DNA from: an uncultured Candidatus Saccharibacteria bacterium
GTDB lineage: Bacteria > Patescibacteriota > Minisyncoccia > Phycocordibacterales > CAIZLB01
Assembly (NCBI GenBank): GCA_964520195.1
Contig: CAZFNX010000002.1
Coordinates: forward strand, 2,884 to 66,883
DNA: 64,000 nucleotides
Direction: 5' to 3'
The position numbers and the translations under genes were made by a program. Positions 41,291-50,939 of the stretch are shown piece by piece (the stretch's first letter is position 1; every line of letters begins with the position of its first letter). Under the pieces are notes generated by a model, which was given only the letters and a program-made list of their open reading frames with translations, did not search any database and was not told the origin of the DNA.

Positions 41291-42355
41291 TTATATGAGT
41301 CTTTGTAACATCTTAGGGTTCAATGATTGTTTATATGCATTCTCAAGTGATATTTCTCCTTTTTGTACAAGTTCAGCCAGACATCTGTTCATATCAATCA
41401 TACCTTCTTGTGATCCAGTTTCAATCACTGTGTTTATCTCATGTGTACGTTTTTCCCGAATCAAGTTTTGAATAGCACTATTAGTAATCATAAGTTCATA
41501 TACAGGTATCAATCCTCCAGAGATACGAGGAACAAGTCGTTGTGAAAAAACTCCTGCGAGTGCAGATGAGAGCTGTAATCGAATCTGATCTTGCTGCTCT
41601 GGTGGAAAACTATCTATGATACGGTCAACTGTTTGAGCAGCGTTGTTAGTGTGTAGTGTTGAGAAAACCATGTGACCAGTCTCAGCTGCAGTTACTGCGG
41701 CTGCAATAGTTTCGCGATTACGCATTTCTCCTACAAGGATGATATTTACATCTTGTCGAAGCGCACTAATAAGTCCAGATTCAAAAGACGCTGTATCAAT
41801 ACCAACCTCACGTTGATCAATGATAGATTTTTTTTGTTCATACACGTACTCAGTTGGATCTTCGATAGTCATGATATGCTCTGCTCGCTCTTGATTTATC
41901 AACTCAATAATCGAAGCGAGAGTTGTTGATTTACCTTGTCCAACAGGTCCTACTACCAAGAAAAAACCTTGCTTTTTATGAGCAAACTGCTCAAGAACAG
42001 GAGGCAGCTGCAACTCTTGAAGTGTTCGAATCTGTTTTGGAATCAACCGAAGAGCAATACTTAAACTACCCTGCTGATGAAAGGCATTACCTCGAAATCG
42101 TGCATTTTCCTTAAACTTATACGAGAAATCAATCTCTCTATCATCTGATTCGAAAGCTGCCTTTCGAGAAGATGTAGACATAAGGTTTACAAAAGATTTT
42201 ATATCTTCTCGCGTAAGTAGAGTATTTCTTACAAGCGGTATCAGTTGACCTGATATACGCATAGTAGGATATCTCCCTTCAGACAGGTGAAGATCTGAAG
42301 CACCTTCTCGTACGACTGTATCTAAAAGTTGTTCAAGTTCTTGTTCGTAATTCAT
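41291..42355 (-). CDS. pilT: Twitching-motility/retraction ATPase PilT-like
   Basis: 354 aa. Walker A GPVGQGKSTT, Asp box, Walker B ILVGEMR and His box, as in PilT/GspE-family ATPases. Confidence 0.85.
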   Translation of the reverse strand: MNYEQELEQLLDTVVREGASDLHLSEGRYPTMRISGQLIPLVRNTLLTREDIKSFVNLMSTSSRKAAFESDDREIDFSYKFKENARFRGNAFHQQGSLSIALRLIPKQIRTLQELQLPPVLEQFAHKKQGFFLVVGPVGQGKSTTLASIIELINQERAEHIMTIEDPTEYVYEQKKSIIDQREVGIDTASFESGLISALRQDVNIILVGEMRNRETIAAAVTAAETGHMVFSTLHTNNAAQTVDRIIDSFPPEQQDQIRLQLSSALAGVFSQRLVPRISGGLIPVYELMITNSAIQNLIREKRTHEINTVIETGSQEGMIDMNRCLAELVQKGEISLENAYKQSLNPKMLQRLI

Positions 42356-42384
42356 ACTAGTTATTATACACCTTTTATGAGAGA

Positions 42385-42801
42385 TTATGAAAGATTAAAC
42401 ATCTTATTTACTTCATCAACAATCTCTGAAGGTATAGTTGTTGCTTTTACAATATATGAATGCACTCCAAGCTTTCTTGCTACGTCAATATCATGAGCCT
42501 GACTTTGATTTGTAAGTACAACAATAGGTACATGTTCAAAAAGTTTTTCAGCTCGAATCTTCTCTAAAAATTCTATTCCACCCATAACAGGCATGATAAC
42601 ATCAACAAACAGAACATCTGGAACATATCCCGATCTTGCAATATCAAGAGCTTCTTGCCCATTTGTTGCTAGCTTCAAATCAAATCCACACTTTTCAAAC
42701 TTTATCTTATACATGTTTAAAATAAAATGATCGTCATCAACAATCATAACTTTTACATCACCTGGTTTTTCTTTTTTTCCAAATACAAGAGTTGGATTCA
42801 T
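42385..42801 (-). CDS. CheY-like single-domain response regulator (PilH/PilG-like)
   Basis: Receiver domain with the conserved Asp pocket (VMIVDDD...DVIMPVMGG...K). Start uncertain: ATG at 42801 or TTG at 42843. Confidence 0.7.
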   Translation of the reverse strand: MNPTLVFGKKEKPGDVKVMIVDDDHFILNMYKIKFEKCGFDLKLATNGQEALDIARSGYVPDVLFVDVIMPVMGGIEFLEKIRAEKLFEHVPIVVLTNQSQAHDIDVARKLGVHSYIVKATTIPSEIVDEVNKMFNLS

Positions 42802-42820
42802 AGTTTTTCTGTTTATATGA

Positions 42821-44557
42821 TTATAAGTTATTAATCTCCTCAAAAGGAATCTTTTTCTGAAGTGCTTTAATTATAGCATCTTCTTTCATAGTAATCATAC
42901 CCTTTTCAGTACGTAAATAGTTACGCATAGTTACCTCTGTTGGATCTTTTAGGATAATACTCTCAAGAGCTTTATCCATTTCGTACATCTCAAAAACAGC
43001 CGCTCGACCTTTTATACCTTTTGGACAATCCGGAGTTGGCTTTATATTATAAATAGTTTCAAGAGGTGGAATGACTTTTTTATATGTCTCAGGAAGATCT
43101 TTAAACTGAGCCTTTATCATCTCCTGAACACTTTCACTCACAGGAACTTCTTCAGCGGCAGGTGTATGAACTCTACCTACAAGTCGTTGAGCCATACCAA
43201 GAATCAATGTTGGTGCAATAAGATATGGATCAATACCCATATCTATGAGACGTGGAACAATACCTACAGCTGTGTTGGTGTGAATTGTTGAAAGCACCAA
43301 GTGACCAGTAAGCGCAGCTTGAATAGCGAGCTGAGCAGTCTCTTTATCTCGGATCTCTCCTACCATGATAATATCAGGATCTTGTCGAAGTGTTGTTCGA
43401 AGTCCAGCAGCAAACGTATACCCAATCTCAGCATGTACCTGTGACTGACTAATACCCTCCATGTTATACTCCACAGGATCTTCAAGTGACAATACGTTTT
43501 CAGTTTCTCGATCAAGTTCCATTAACATAGAATACAATGTTGATGTTTTTCCTGAACCTGTAGGACCTGAAATCAGAATAAGGCCATATGGTTTCTGAAG
43601 CGCCTTTTTAAGCATCTCAAGATGTTCAGGCATAAAACCGAGATTATCTATCTTTTGTACACCTTTATCTTGATCCAAGATTCGCATCACCACTTTTTCA
43701 CCATAGTATGTTGGAAATGTAGATACACGAAAATCAATCTTTCGCCCATCAGTACGCGCAGAAAAACGACCATCTTGTGGCTTTCGTTTTTCATCCAACT
43801 TCATGTCACAGAGTATTTTAATACGTGCAACGAGAGCTTCTATAATATTTTTAGGAAGTTCAATACTTGTGTTAAGAGCTCCATCAACTCGATATCGCAC
43901 TCGTACCTTTTCACGCATTGGTTCAATGTGTATATCAGACGCACCTCCTTCGATGGCATATCGGAGAACTGTTGCTACTATTTTTTTTACAGGAGCATCT
44001 TCAACTATATGAGTATTATCTTGAGTGTTTGCTCGACCAGGAGTACCGTCAGCAGTTCCAGGAACAGTCTCAATCTCTGAAAGATCACCAAACTCTTTTT
44101 CAAAATCAGTTAGTGCTTGATTTACCTCCCCTGTCAAACCCTTATACATCTCTATAGCTCTGTTATAGTCTTCTTCAGACATTAGAAACAACTTATATGT
44201 AACATTGTTTTTTGCAGTAATGAAATTAAGTGCATCACGAGCGCCAATATTATCAGGATCTGTAATACCTATATGCAATACCCCTGCCTTTATTTCCAAA
44301 GGAACAAACTTATAGTGACGAGCAGAATCCTCTGGAATATAACTTAATATTTCATAAGGAATAGTCTTATCCTCCAAAAAATACGCGTCAATATTTAAAT
44401 ACTCAGCCTTGGCTCGTAAAATATCATTATGAGATATACCATGCTCAAAAAGCACAGAATCTAAACTCTGTTTTGTATCAACAGCTTTTTTCTCAAGAAC
44501 CTCTGCGGTTTCGCTATCGAGAATATTCTTTTTTACAAGTAAACTAATAAATGACAT
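42821..44557 (-). CDS. pilB: Type IV pilus assembly ATPase PilB (GspE family) with N-terminal MshEN-like domain
   Basis: 578 aa. Walker A GPTGSGKTSTLY, the tetracysteine-less GspE core, and an N-terminal MshEN-type domain. Confidence 0.9.
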   Translation of the reverse strand: MSFISLLVKKNILDSETAEVLEKKAVDTKQSLDSVLFEHGISHNDILRAKAEYLNIDAYFLEDKTIPYEILSYIPEDSARHYKFVPLEIKAGVLHIGITDPDNIGARDALNFITAKNNVTYKLFLMSEEDYNRAIEMYKGLTGEVNQALTDFEKEFGDLSEIETVPGTADGTPGRANTQDNTHIVEDAPVKKIVATVLRYAIEGGASDIHIEPMREKVRVRYRVDGALNTSIELPKNIIEALVARIKILCDMKLDEKRKPQDGRFSARTDGRKIDFRVSTFPTYYGEKVVMRILDQDKGVQKIDNLGFMPEHLEMLKKALQKPYGLILISGPTGSGKTSTLYSMLMELDRETENVLSLEDPVEYNMEGISQSQVHAEIGYTFAAGLRTTLRQDPDIIMVGEIRDKETAQLAIQAALTGHLVLSTIHTNTAVGIVPRLIDMGIDPYLIAPTLILGMAQRLVGRVHTPAAEEVPVSESVQEMIKAQFKDLPETYKKVIPPLETIYNIKPTPDCPKGIKGRAAVFEMYEMDKALESIILKDPTEVTMRNYLRTEKGMITMKEDAIIKALQKKIPFEEINNL

Positions 44558-44568
44558 GATTTACATTA

Positions 44569-45033
44569 TTACCTTTTTTTAGGTGAAGGCAAAGGTTTTG
44601 TTGTTGTACCTATGTCTACAGTAGACCCTTCTGTTGTAGTTGCAACCGTGTCAGATGGAGGAATTTGCACCTGTATCGCAGCGGAGGCACCGTTTGGACC
44701 ATCTATACCTATAGGTAGAAAAGGGTTTCCTCTACCTAGAGATGCACTAAAGTCACTTGGAAAAGGAACTCTTGGAAAATATAATGCATCATATGTCTTT
44801 GTTTGAAGTATTGATGTATCTAGATTGATGTATTGGATAGTTTGAAGATTGGCAACGAATTCTTTATCATATGACTTTTGCCCTGCTTGTTGTGATGAAG
44901 CAGCGACACTTTGCGCCGTTAACGAAGTTGTTGTTGATGCATCTTTTTTAGACAAAACAAAATACCAATACCCAAAGAAAAGGATGATTATGAATATTAG
45001 TGCAAATAATGTATTTTTGTGATTTTTAATCAT
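44569..45033 (-). CDS. Membrane-anchored Ser/Thr/Pro-rich protein, PilP-like position
   Basis: N-terminal TM helix (LFALIFIIILFFGYWYFVL) then a low-complexity tail. Follows pilO. Confidence 0.4.
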   Translation of the reverse strand: MIKNHKNTLFALIFIIILFFGYWYFVLSKKDASTTTSLTAQSVAASSQQAGQKSYDKEFVANLQTIQYINLDTSILQTKTYDALYFPRVPFPSDFSASLGRGNPFLPIGIDGPNGASAAIQVQIPPSDTVATTTEGSTVDIGTTTKPLPSPKKR

Positions 45034-45036
45034 AAA

Positions 45037-45678
45037 TTATTTTGTTTTAGTATCACCTATATATTTTAACCAATATGTTCGAAGTGATACATTGAATGTA
45101 TAAATAGGCTCTTGTGTACTGACTATACCTGGACCAGTTGCTGGAGCACTGAAAGAGATAGAGTCTATATCAAGAATTCTTGTAGAGTGTTCAATACGAT
45201 CCAAAAAGGCTAAGAAGTCACTATATGTTAAAGTTACCGCGAAAGAAAAATTAACTACACCTAACCGTGAAGCGTCATATCCAGTGTCTGTTACTAGACC
45301 AGGAACAATACGTGGACTTTCTATAGAGATTTTCTTTGATCCTGTATTTGAAACTTCATTAGTTTTATATAACGCCAAAGTCTGTCTCTCTTCAACCATA
45401 TTTTGAAGCATTTTATCGAAATCAATAATAAGCTTCACATTTTCCACTGTGTTTGGAAGCATCTTATTCATCTTGGCAAGATCATCACTTGTAATCTTAT
45501 TTTTTATATCGTTCAGAGCTTTTACTCGTTCACTCAGGTTTTTTGCATTATCGTTAGCAGTATTTAACCCCTTTACTTCAAGTTGACTTGCTTGTAATTC
45601 TGCAAATTTTGGACGAGTAAAAAAGACAAAGAGGAGTATTCCTGCGGCTATGAGTATGATTGATGTAAATGTTTTCAT
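45037..45678 (-). CDS. pilO: PilO-like pilus assembly protein
   Basis: N-terminal TM helix, coiled coil, then a C-terminal domain. Downstream of pilN. Confidence 0.6.
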   Translation of the reverse strand: MKTFTSIILIAAGILLFVFFTRPKFAELQASQLEVKGLNTANDNAKNLSERVKALNDIKNKITSDDLAKMNKMLPNTVENVKLIIDFDKMLQNMVEERQTLALYKTNEVSNTGSKKISIESPRIVPGLVTDTGYDASRLGVVNFSFAVTLTYSDFLAFLDRIEHSTRILDIDSISFSAPATGPGIVSTQEPIYTFNVSLRTYWLKYIGDTKTK

Positions 45679-45688
45679 AATAAAAATA

Positions 45689-46402
45689 TTATTGAGGATT
45701 ATTTGTATTATTTACAGCGGCAGATGTAGGTAGAGTGGCAGGTTTGGCAGGCTGGTTTTGTACACTAGAAACACCAGTATCTCCGATAAGAGTTGCAAAC
45801 CGCACAACAGAAGCAGGTATAACAGTTGTTAAACTAAATGTCGCAAGATCTTGATCTTTTGGCTTACTAAAATCACTAATGATAGTATTTTTAAAAGTCT
45901 TTTGTGCTACAGCGGTAGAAAACTGTGCATCTTGAGCAACAATAGACTCATATCCTATTCCTTGGGCTTTAAGAGACAGAGTAAAACTACCATCATTTTT
46001 CTTTTTTAAATCAAATGAGTTAAAAGACACTTTAGACAAAGTATTCTCACCAAGACGAGCAAATATTGGAGATACTGCTTCGTGATTTTTAATAAGATTT
46101 TCAATAAGATTAAGTCTATCTTGAAGATTTTTTAAATCGACAATAGTTTCTGTAGTATTACGCTTTTGATATTCTATAATGTTTTTTTGAGCATTAACCT
46201 TAGCCGTATCTGTCAACTTTGTTAGAAAAAATACTACACCAGCAGAAACCAAACTACAGACAAATAAGAAAAAGCATAGGAGGAGCATGAGATTACCTGT
46301 TGGAGATTGACCTGATTTTTTTTGAATCTGTCCATCCTCAGAAACAACATTATCAAGTGATGTTTTTGGGATAAATGAAGTTGTTTGAAATCTTGTTTCC
46401 AT
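45689..46402 (-). CDS. pilN: PilN-like pilus assembly protein
   Basis: Short cytoplasmic N-terminus, one TM helix (LLLCFFLFVCSLVSAGVVFF), then an extracytoplasmic coiled-coil domain. Confidence 0.6.
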   Translation of the reverse strand: METRFQTTSFIPKTSLDNVVSEDGQIQKKSGQSPTGNLMLLLCFFLFVCSLVSAGVVFFLTKLTDTAKVNAQKNIIEYQKRNTTETIVDLKNLQDRLNLIENLIKNHEAVSPIFARLGENTLSKVSFNSFDLKKKNDGSFTLSLKAQGIGYESIVAQDAQFSTAVAQKTFKNTIISDFSKPKDQDLATFSLTTVIPASVVRFATLIGDTGVSSVQNQPAKPATLPTSAAVNNTNNPQ

Positions 46403-46441
46403 ATGTATATATTTTATTACTCTGCTATAAGTATATCAAAA

Positions 46442-47563
46442 TCAATCTTGCAATGCACGAAGTGCAAGTCCTATTGCAGGTGCAAATGTGAGTCCTGTTG
46501 TTTTTAATGTCTCCTGAAGGAATGCTGGAGTCTCAACTTTTGAAAAAGGTAACGAATATTCAACTTCACACCCAAGTCTCTTTTGCATCAGCTCAAGAAA
46601 ACCTTTGAGACCAGAACTTCCACCTGTAAGCAACACTTTCCCAATCGTCTTATTAAACTTTTTCTGAAATGCTGTTAATAATGTTTGTACTTCACTCACC
46701 ACATATTCTTCATGAATACTGATAAGATCGAGGATTTTTGCTTCATCTACAACACCTGTCTTACTAAGAGAACGTTTCAAGTGTTCAGCCTGATCAAAAG
46801 AAACCCCTAATCCTTTTGATATAGAGAAAGTAATATCTTGCCCTCCTCGAGTTATAGTATGAGAAGAAACCAAAAGACCATTATCCACAATATACAACTT
46901 GAGACTTGAAGCCCCAAAATCAACAATCATTACAGGCCCTTTTTCGCCTGATAAACTTGCACGTGCTGTGGCAAACGCTTCAACTTCGAAAAAACTAGTT
47001 TCCAGTTTTGTCTCATTTACAATAGTTGTGTACCCACTTAACACCTGGTTGTGTATTGCCACCATGAGAACATGGATTTTCTTTTCATTTTCTTCTATTT
47101 GTTTCTGCATATCATCTTCTGGCTCTATAAACTCCAAACTTGTATCTTTCATTTCAGGAATCACAAACCAATCCATAGTTACTTCTGTAATAGGTACAGG
47201 AATATACTTACGAGCCTCCAACGGAATCATTGTAGCAAGCTGTTCTTCGGGTACAGAAGGCACATCAATCACACTTATCAAACTCAACTTGAGCGGAATA
47301 GACATACCTCCTTTCATAGTGGTAATACCTGCCTCACGAATCAAATCAAGTATAACAAGAGCCATGTCTTTTGGTGGCATATTTACAACCTGCCCAACAG
47401 AAAGTTTATTGTATGGACCTAAGCCTAACTCACCATATGTCTCAAGCACTGCTCTTCCCTTTTTTTTCTTAATCTGAACTATCTTAAGAGAAGAAGAACC
47501 TATGTCTATGCCTATAACACTGGTTTCTGGTATAGAAAAAATATTTTTAGTAAAGAAAGACAT
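46442..47563 (-). CDS. pilM: PilM, actin-like pilus assembly ATPase
   Basis: VIGIDIGSSSLKIVQI and the later FtsA/actin-fold motifs. 373 aa. Confidence 0.85.
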   Translation of the reverse strand: MSFFTKNIFSIPETSVIGIDIGSSSLKIVQIKKKKGRAVLETYGELGLGPYNKLSVGQVVNMPPKDMALVILDLIREAGITTMKGGMSIPLKLSLISVIDVPSVPEEQLATMIPLEARKYIPVPITEVTMDWFVIPEMKDTSLEFIEPEDDMQKQIEENEKKIHVLMVAIHNQVLSGYTTIVNETKLETSFFEVEAFATARASLSGEKGPVMIVDFGASSLKLYIVDNGLLVSSHTITRGGQDITFSISKGLGVSFDQAEHLKRSLSKTGVVDEAKILDLISIHEEYVVSEVQTLLTAFQKKFNKTIGKVLLTGGSSGLKGFLELMQKRLGCEVEYSLPFSKVETPAFLQETLKTTGLTFAPAIGLALRALQD

Positions 47564-47646
47564 ATGCGTTTAAATAATTATATCATAGATATTTTCTTTA
47601 TGAAAAATTTACAAAAACATTATTACTTACTTAATAGTATATATCT

Positions 47647-48357
47647 ATGAATATATCATATACATACCATGTAACACACACCTCAGAGACATTAGAACCT
47701 CACATATATGTACATCGTTATCAAAGTGAAGACGCTAAAGCTGTATTGCACTCATATAAATTTCACCCATCTATATATACGCAATCATATATAGAGTCAC
47801 GAGATGTATGTATACCATATATCATTGACATATGTATTGACAGATATATATCTAGTCTAAAAAATGATATACAACCAAATAGACACTCAAAAAAACAAGC
47901 TTTTATATACACATCTCCCCCTTCAACCATGTTTGAACGAGGAGAAAAAGATATAGATAGTATGTTACATCTTTTATGTACAAGTGTACGTAATATGTTT
48001 CAATATGCAATAGTTCCAAAACATATTCGAATAATCAGTCACAAAATTTTCAATATTCAACAAAAACATATACAAGAAAAACAAGCTCAACATCTTGGAA
48101 ATAACAGCGCAAGGAAAAATAGAGTTAAAAATCTTGAGGGAAGGTATTATGTTTCTACATGGCATACTATATATATTTGGTATTGCATCCACATACTTCA
48201 GATACAAAGCTTTTCATATACAATTATCGATGATGTCTCCTCTACTGGAGCGACACTGGTTGCATGTAAACAAACTCTTATACGCTACCTTGCTGAACTA
48301 CAAAAGAAAAATCCACACATCAGATATGATGTATGGATTGTTTCCTTGTACCATTGA
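47647..48357 (+). CDS. comFC: ComF-family (phosphoribosyltransferase-domain) competence protein
   Basis: C-terminal PRTase motif IIDDVSSTGATLVACK. Divergent from the pilM operon. The N-terminus carries Cys/His residues. Confidence 0.55.
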   Translation: MNISYTYHVTHTSETLEPHIYVHRYQSEDAKAVLHSYKFHPSIYTQSYIESRDVCIPYIIDICIDRYISSLKNDIQPNRHSKKQAFIYTSPPSTMFERGEKDIDSMLHLLCTSVRNMFQYAIVPKHIRIISHKIFNIQQKHIQEKQAQHLGNNSARKNRVKNLEGRYYVSTWHTIYIWYCIHILQIQSFSYTIIDDVSSTGATLVACKQTLIRYLAELQKKNPHIRYDVWIVSLYH

Positions 48358-48398
48358 ACATTACTCACAGCGGTACAATTTTTTCGTGAGAATTTTGA

Positions 48399-49913
48399 TT
48401 AAACAAAAGTGAAGGCCTTACCTGTTCTTCCAGCTCGTCCTGCTCGACCTATTCGGTGAACATATGAGTCATGTGTTTGTGGAATAGTATAGTTAATCAC
48501 GTGAGATACGTCTTTAACATCTATACCTCGAGCAGCAACATCTGTTGCAATAAGAACATCTATAATACCATTTTTAAATTGATCGAGAGTTCGTGCTCGT
48601 TCTCGTTGCCGTTTATCACCATGTAAATATCCAGTTTTAAATCCTGCCTTGATAAGACCATGTGCAACTTCCTCAACTTCTCTCTTTGTTTCAACAAAAA
48701 TAATAGTTCTTGTAGCACCTTCTTTTCTTAGAAGATCACACAACACAGTAAACTTTTCACCACGTGGAGCCTTAATAATATCTTGCTCTACTGTTTTTGT
48801 TGAACCAGGAACAGCGATGTCAACAACATGTGGATTTTTTTGGAATGTTTGTACAAGTGCCCGAATCTTTGGCGGCATAGTCGCTGAGAAAAATAGAGAT
48901 TGCCGTACAGGATTACATCCTTTAAGGATCTCTGTAATATCATCAACAAATCCCATATCAAGCATATGGTCAACTTCGTCAAGAACAACGTTGTTAAATT
49001 GACTGTATACAATACATCGTCGGTGTGCAAGATCTTTAATACGTCCTGGAGTACCGATGATAAAATGATTTACCAATCGTAGATTTTGAATCTGACGGAA
49101 TATTGGCATACCACCTACACATACAGTTGAAAATATTTTCATACCTCTTGAAAACTCTTCAAACTCTTTGTTAATCTGCATTGCAAGCTCACGTGTTGGA
49201 GCAAGAATGATAACTTTTTGAGTTGGATCTTTTACAACCTTATCAATAAGAGGAAGTAAAAATGCTGCAGTTTTTCCTGACCCTGTGTTTGCTAAACCTA
49301 GAACATCTTGTCCTTTGAGTGCATACATGATCGTTTGATCCTGGATAGGAGTAGGATTTTCATATCCTTTTTCTTTTAGGTTAGCTTGAATCTGATCTGC
49401 AAACTTAAAGTCAGCAAACGTATGTTGTACAGCAACTTTCTTTGTTTTTGCTTTCGCCTCTTTTTCGAGAGTAGCTACATCTGGTTTATATATAAACTTT
49501 GAATGATCGATATGTTCACCTCGTGAACCTCCACGACCTCGCCCTCCTCCAAATCCTCCTCGTGATCGTCCACCAAAACCACCTCTTCCTCTACTAAACC
49601 CTCCTGATCTACCACCACCAAAACCGCCTCGTGAACCGAAGTCTTGTATTGGAGCAGATCTAAATGATGGTCGTGCACGAAAACCACCCCGAGCTGGAGC
49701 TGTCGGAGATACATATGGTCTTGTTTGTCGAACTATTTTTACGTGAGAACTCGTTGTACTTGGAGTACGTGTATGAGAACTATGTTGAGAACTATTTACA
49801 GAGAACCCTCTTGTTCGCGGTGACATTGTGCGCTTAGCGCTTGTTTTAAAAGATCGATCGGACGCATCACCGTGAGGCCGAGAACTTATTCTGTTTTTTG
49901 AGTACATTTGCAT
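48399..49913 (-). CDS. DEAD-box ATP-dependent RNA helicase with N-terminal RGG/GGF-rich extension
   Basis: Q-motif, Walker A ANTGSGKTAAF, motif II VVLDEVDHML (DEVD variant), SAT, and motif VI HRIGRAGRAGRTG at the extreme C-terminus. The first ~135 aa are Arg/Gly/Ser-rich (GGFGGGRSGGFSRGRGGFGG...). Confidence 0.9.
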   Translation of the reverse strand: MQMYSKNRISSRPHGDASDRSFKTSAKRTMSPRTRGFSVNSSQHSSHTRTPSTTSSHVKIVRQTRPYVSPTAPARGGFRARPSFRSAPIQDFGSRGGFGGGRSGGFSRGRGGFGGRSRGGFGGGRGRGGSRGEHIDHSKFIYKPDVATLEKEAKAKTKKVAVQHTFADFKFADQIQANLKEKGYENPTPIQDQTIMYALKGQDVLGLANTGSGKTAAFLLPLIDKVVKDPTQKVIILAPTRELAMQINKEFEEFSRGMKIFSTVCVGGMPIFRQIQNLRLVNHFIIGTPGRIKDLAHRRCIVYSQFNNVVLDEVDHMLDMGFVDDITEILKGCNPVRQSLFFSATMPPKIRALVQTFQKNPHVVDIAVPGSTKTVEQDIIKAPRGEKFTVLCDLLRKEGATRTIIFVETKREVEEVAHGLIKAGFKTGYLHGDKRQRERARTLDQFKNGIIDVLIATDVAARGIDVKDVSHVINYTIPQTHDSYVHRIGRAGRAGRTGKAFTFV

Positions 49914-49975
49914 GTATCATAGCATACTTGGGGATAATTGACAAGTAGTTATAAGATATGTTCTTTTCACAAGGT

Positions 49976-50920
49976 TTATAGCATAAATAAGGTCTTCCCT
50001 GTGAAATACACTACGTACAACCCTATAATCATATATGGACCGAAAGGTAACTCACTTTTTAGCTTTAATACTGGTAGATATTCAGCTAAACGATGCATAA
50101 TTTTTGATTTCCCTATATGCATACGTGAACCACCATGAGTATCATCAACACATATATGTACAAGTTCTCGTAATAACATGATACCTAGTATTGCAATACA
50201 CCCAATCCAAAATGAATATATGATAGCAGTAAACCCATTACTCAATCCTAGTGCCCAACCAATAACTAATGCGAGCTTAGCATCACCCAACCCCATCCAT
50301 CGCCCACCAGAGACAAGCCACAGTAGTGCAAAAGGTAAAGCTGTTAATAAACCAGATATAGAAGTATAGACAACATCAAGAGTACTTACTCCTCCAAACA
50401 TCACCAATGCGAGTATTGTTTTCACTAATGCATATGCGGATACAATATATATTAATCCGTCAGGAATAATTTTATGCTTCATATCATACACCCCAACAAC
50501 AATAAGTATTGATGCTATCTTAAGATCAATAATAAGAAAAACAAACTGCAACCAAGGATGAGCAAGTAGTACCTGGAAAACATGCGAAGAATTAAACATA
50601 TACATACCTATAAACGATGAGGCGTGTGCACTAAAAAAATACATATAGAAAATAGATGTAAGTAATATACCTGTACACAACTCAACAAGAGGATATTGTA
50701 ATGATATAGGAGACTTGCAGTGACGACATTTTCCTTTACTTACAATGTAACTAAGTATTGGAAAAAGATCGAGAACCTGAAGTGTTTCTCCGCATGAGAA
50801 ACATTTTGATCTCCCTTTAGCAAAACTGAGACCTGTATTATATCGAAAGATAATAACATTTAAGAAACTTCCTATAACAATAGAGAAGATAAAAAATGAG
50901 ATAAGAGCTATATATATCAT
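49976..50920 (-). CDS. pilD: Prepilin peptidase (A24 family)
   Basis: N-terminal tetracysteine CFSCGETL...CRHC, multiple TM helices, and the conserved Asp-containing peptidase core. Confidence 0.85.
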   Translation of the reverse strand: MIYIALISFFIFSIVIGSFLNVIIFRYNTGLSFAKGRSKCFSCGETLQVLDLFPILSYIVSKGKCRHCKSPISLQYPLVELCTGILLTSIFYMYFFSAHASSFIGMYMFNSSHVFQVLLAHPWLQFVFLIIDLKIASILIVVGVYDMKHKIIPDGLIYIVSAYALVKTILALVMFGGVSTLDVVYTSISGLLTALPFALLWLVSGGRWMGLGDAKLALVIGWALGLSNGFTAIIYSFWIGCIAILGIMLLRELVHICVDDTHGGSRMHIGKSKIMHRLAEYLPVLKLKSELPFGPYMIIGLYVVYFTGKTLFML

Positions 50921-50939
50921 ATATCTGAGTATATCACAC

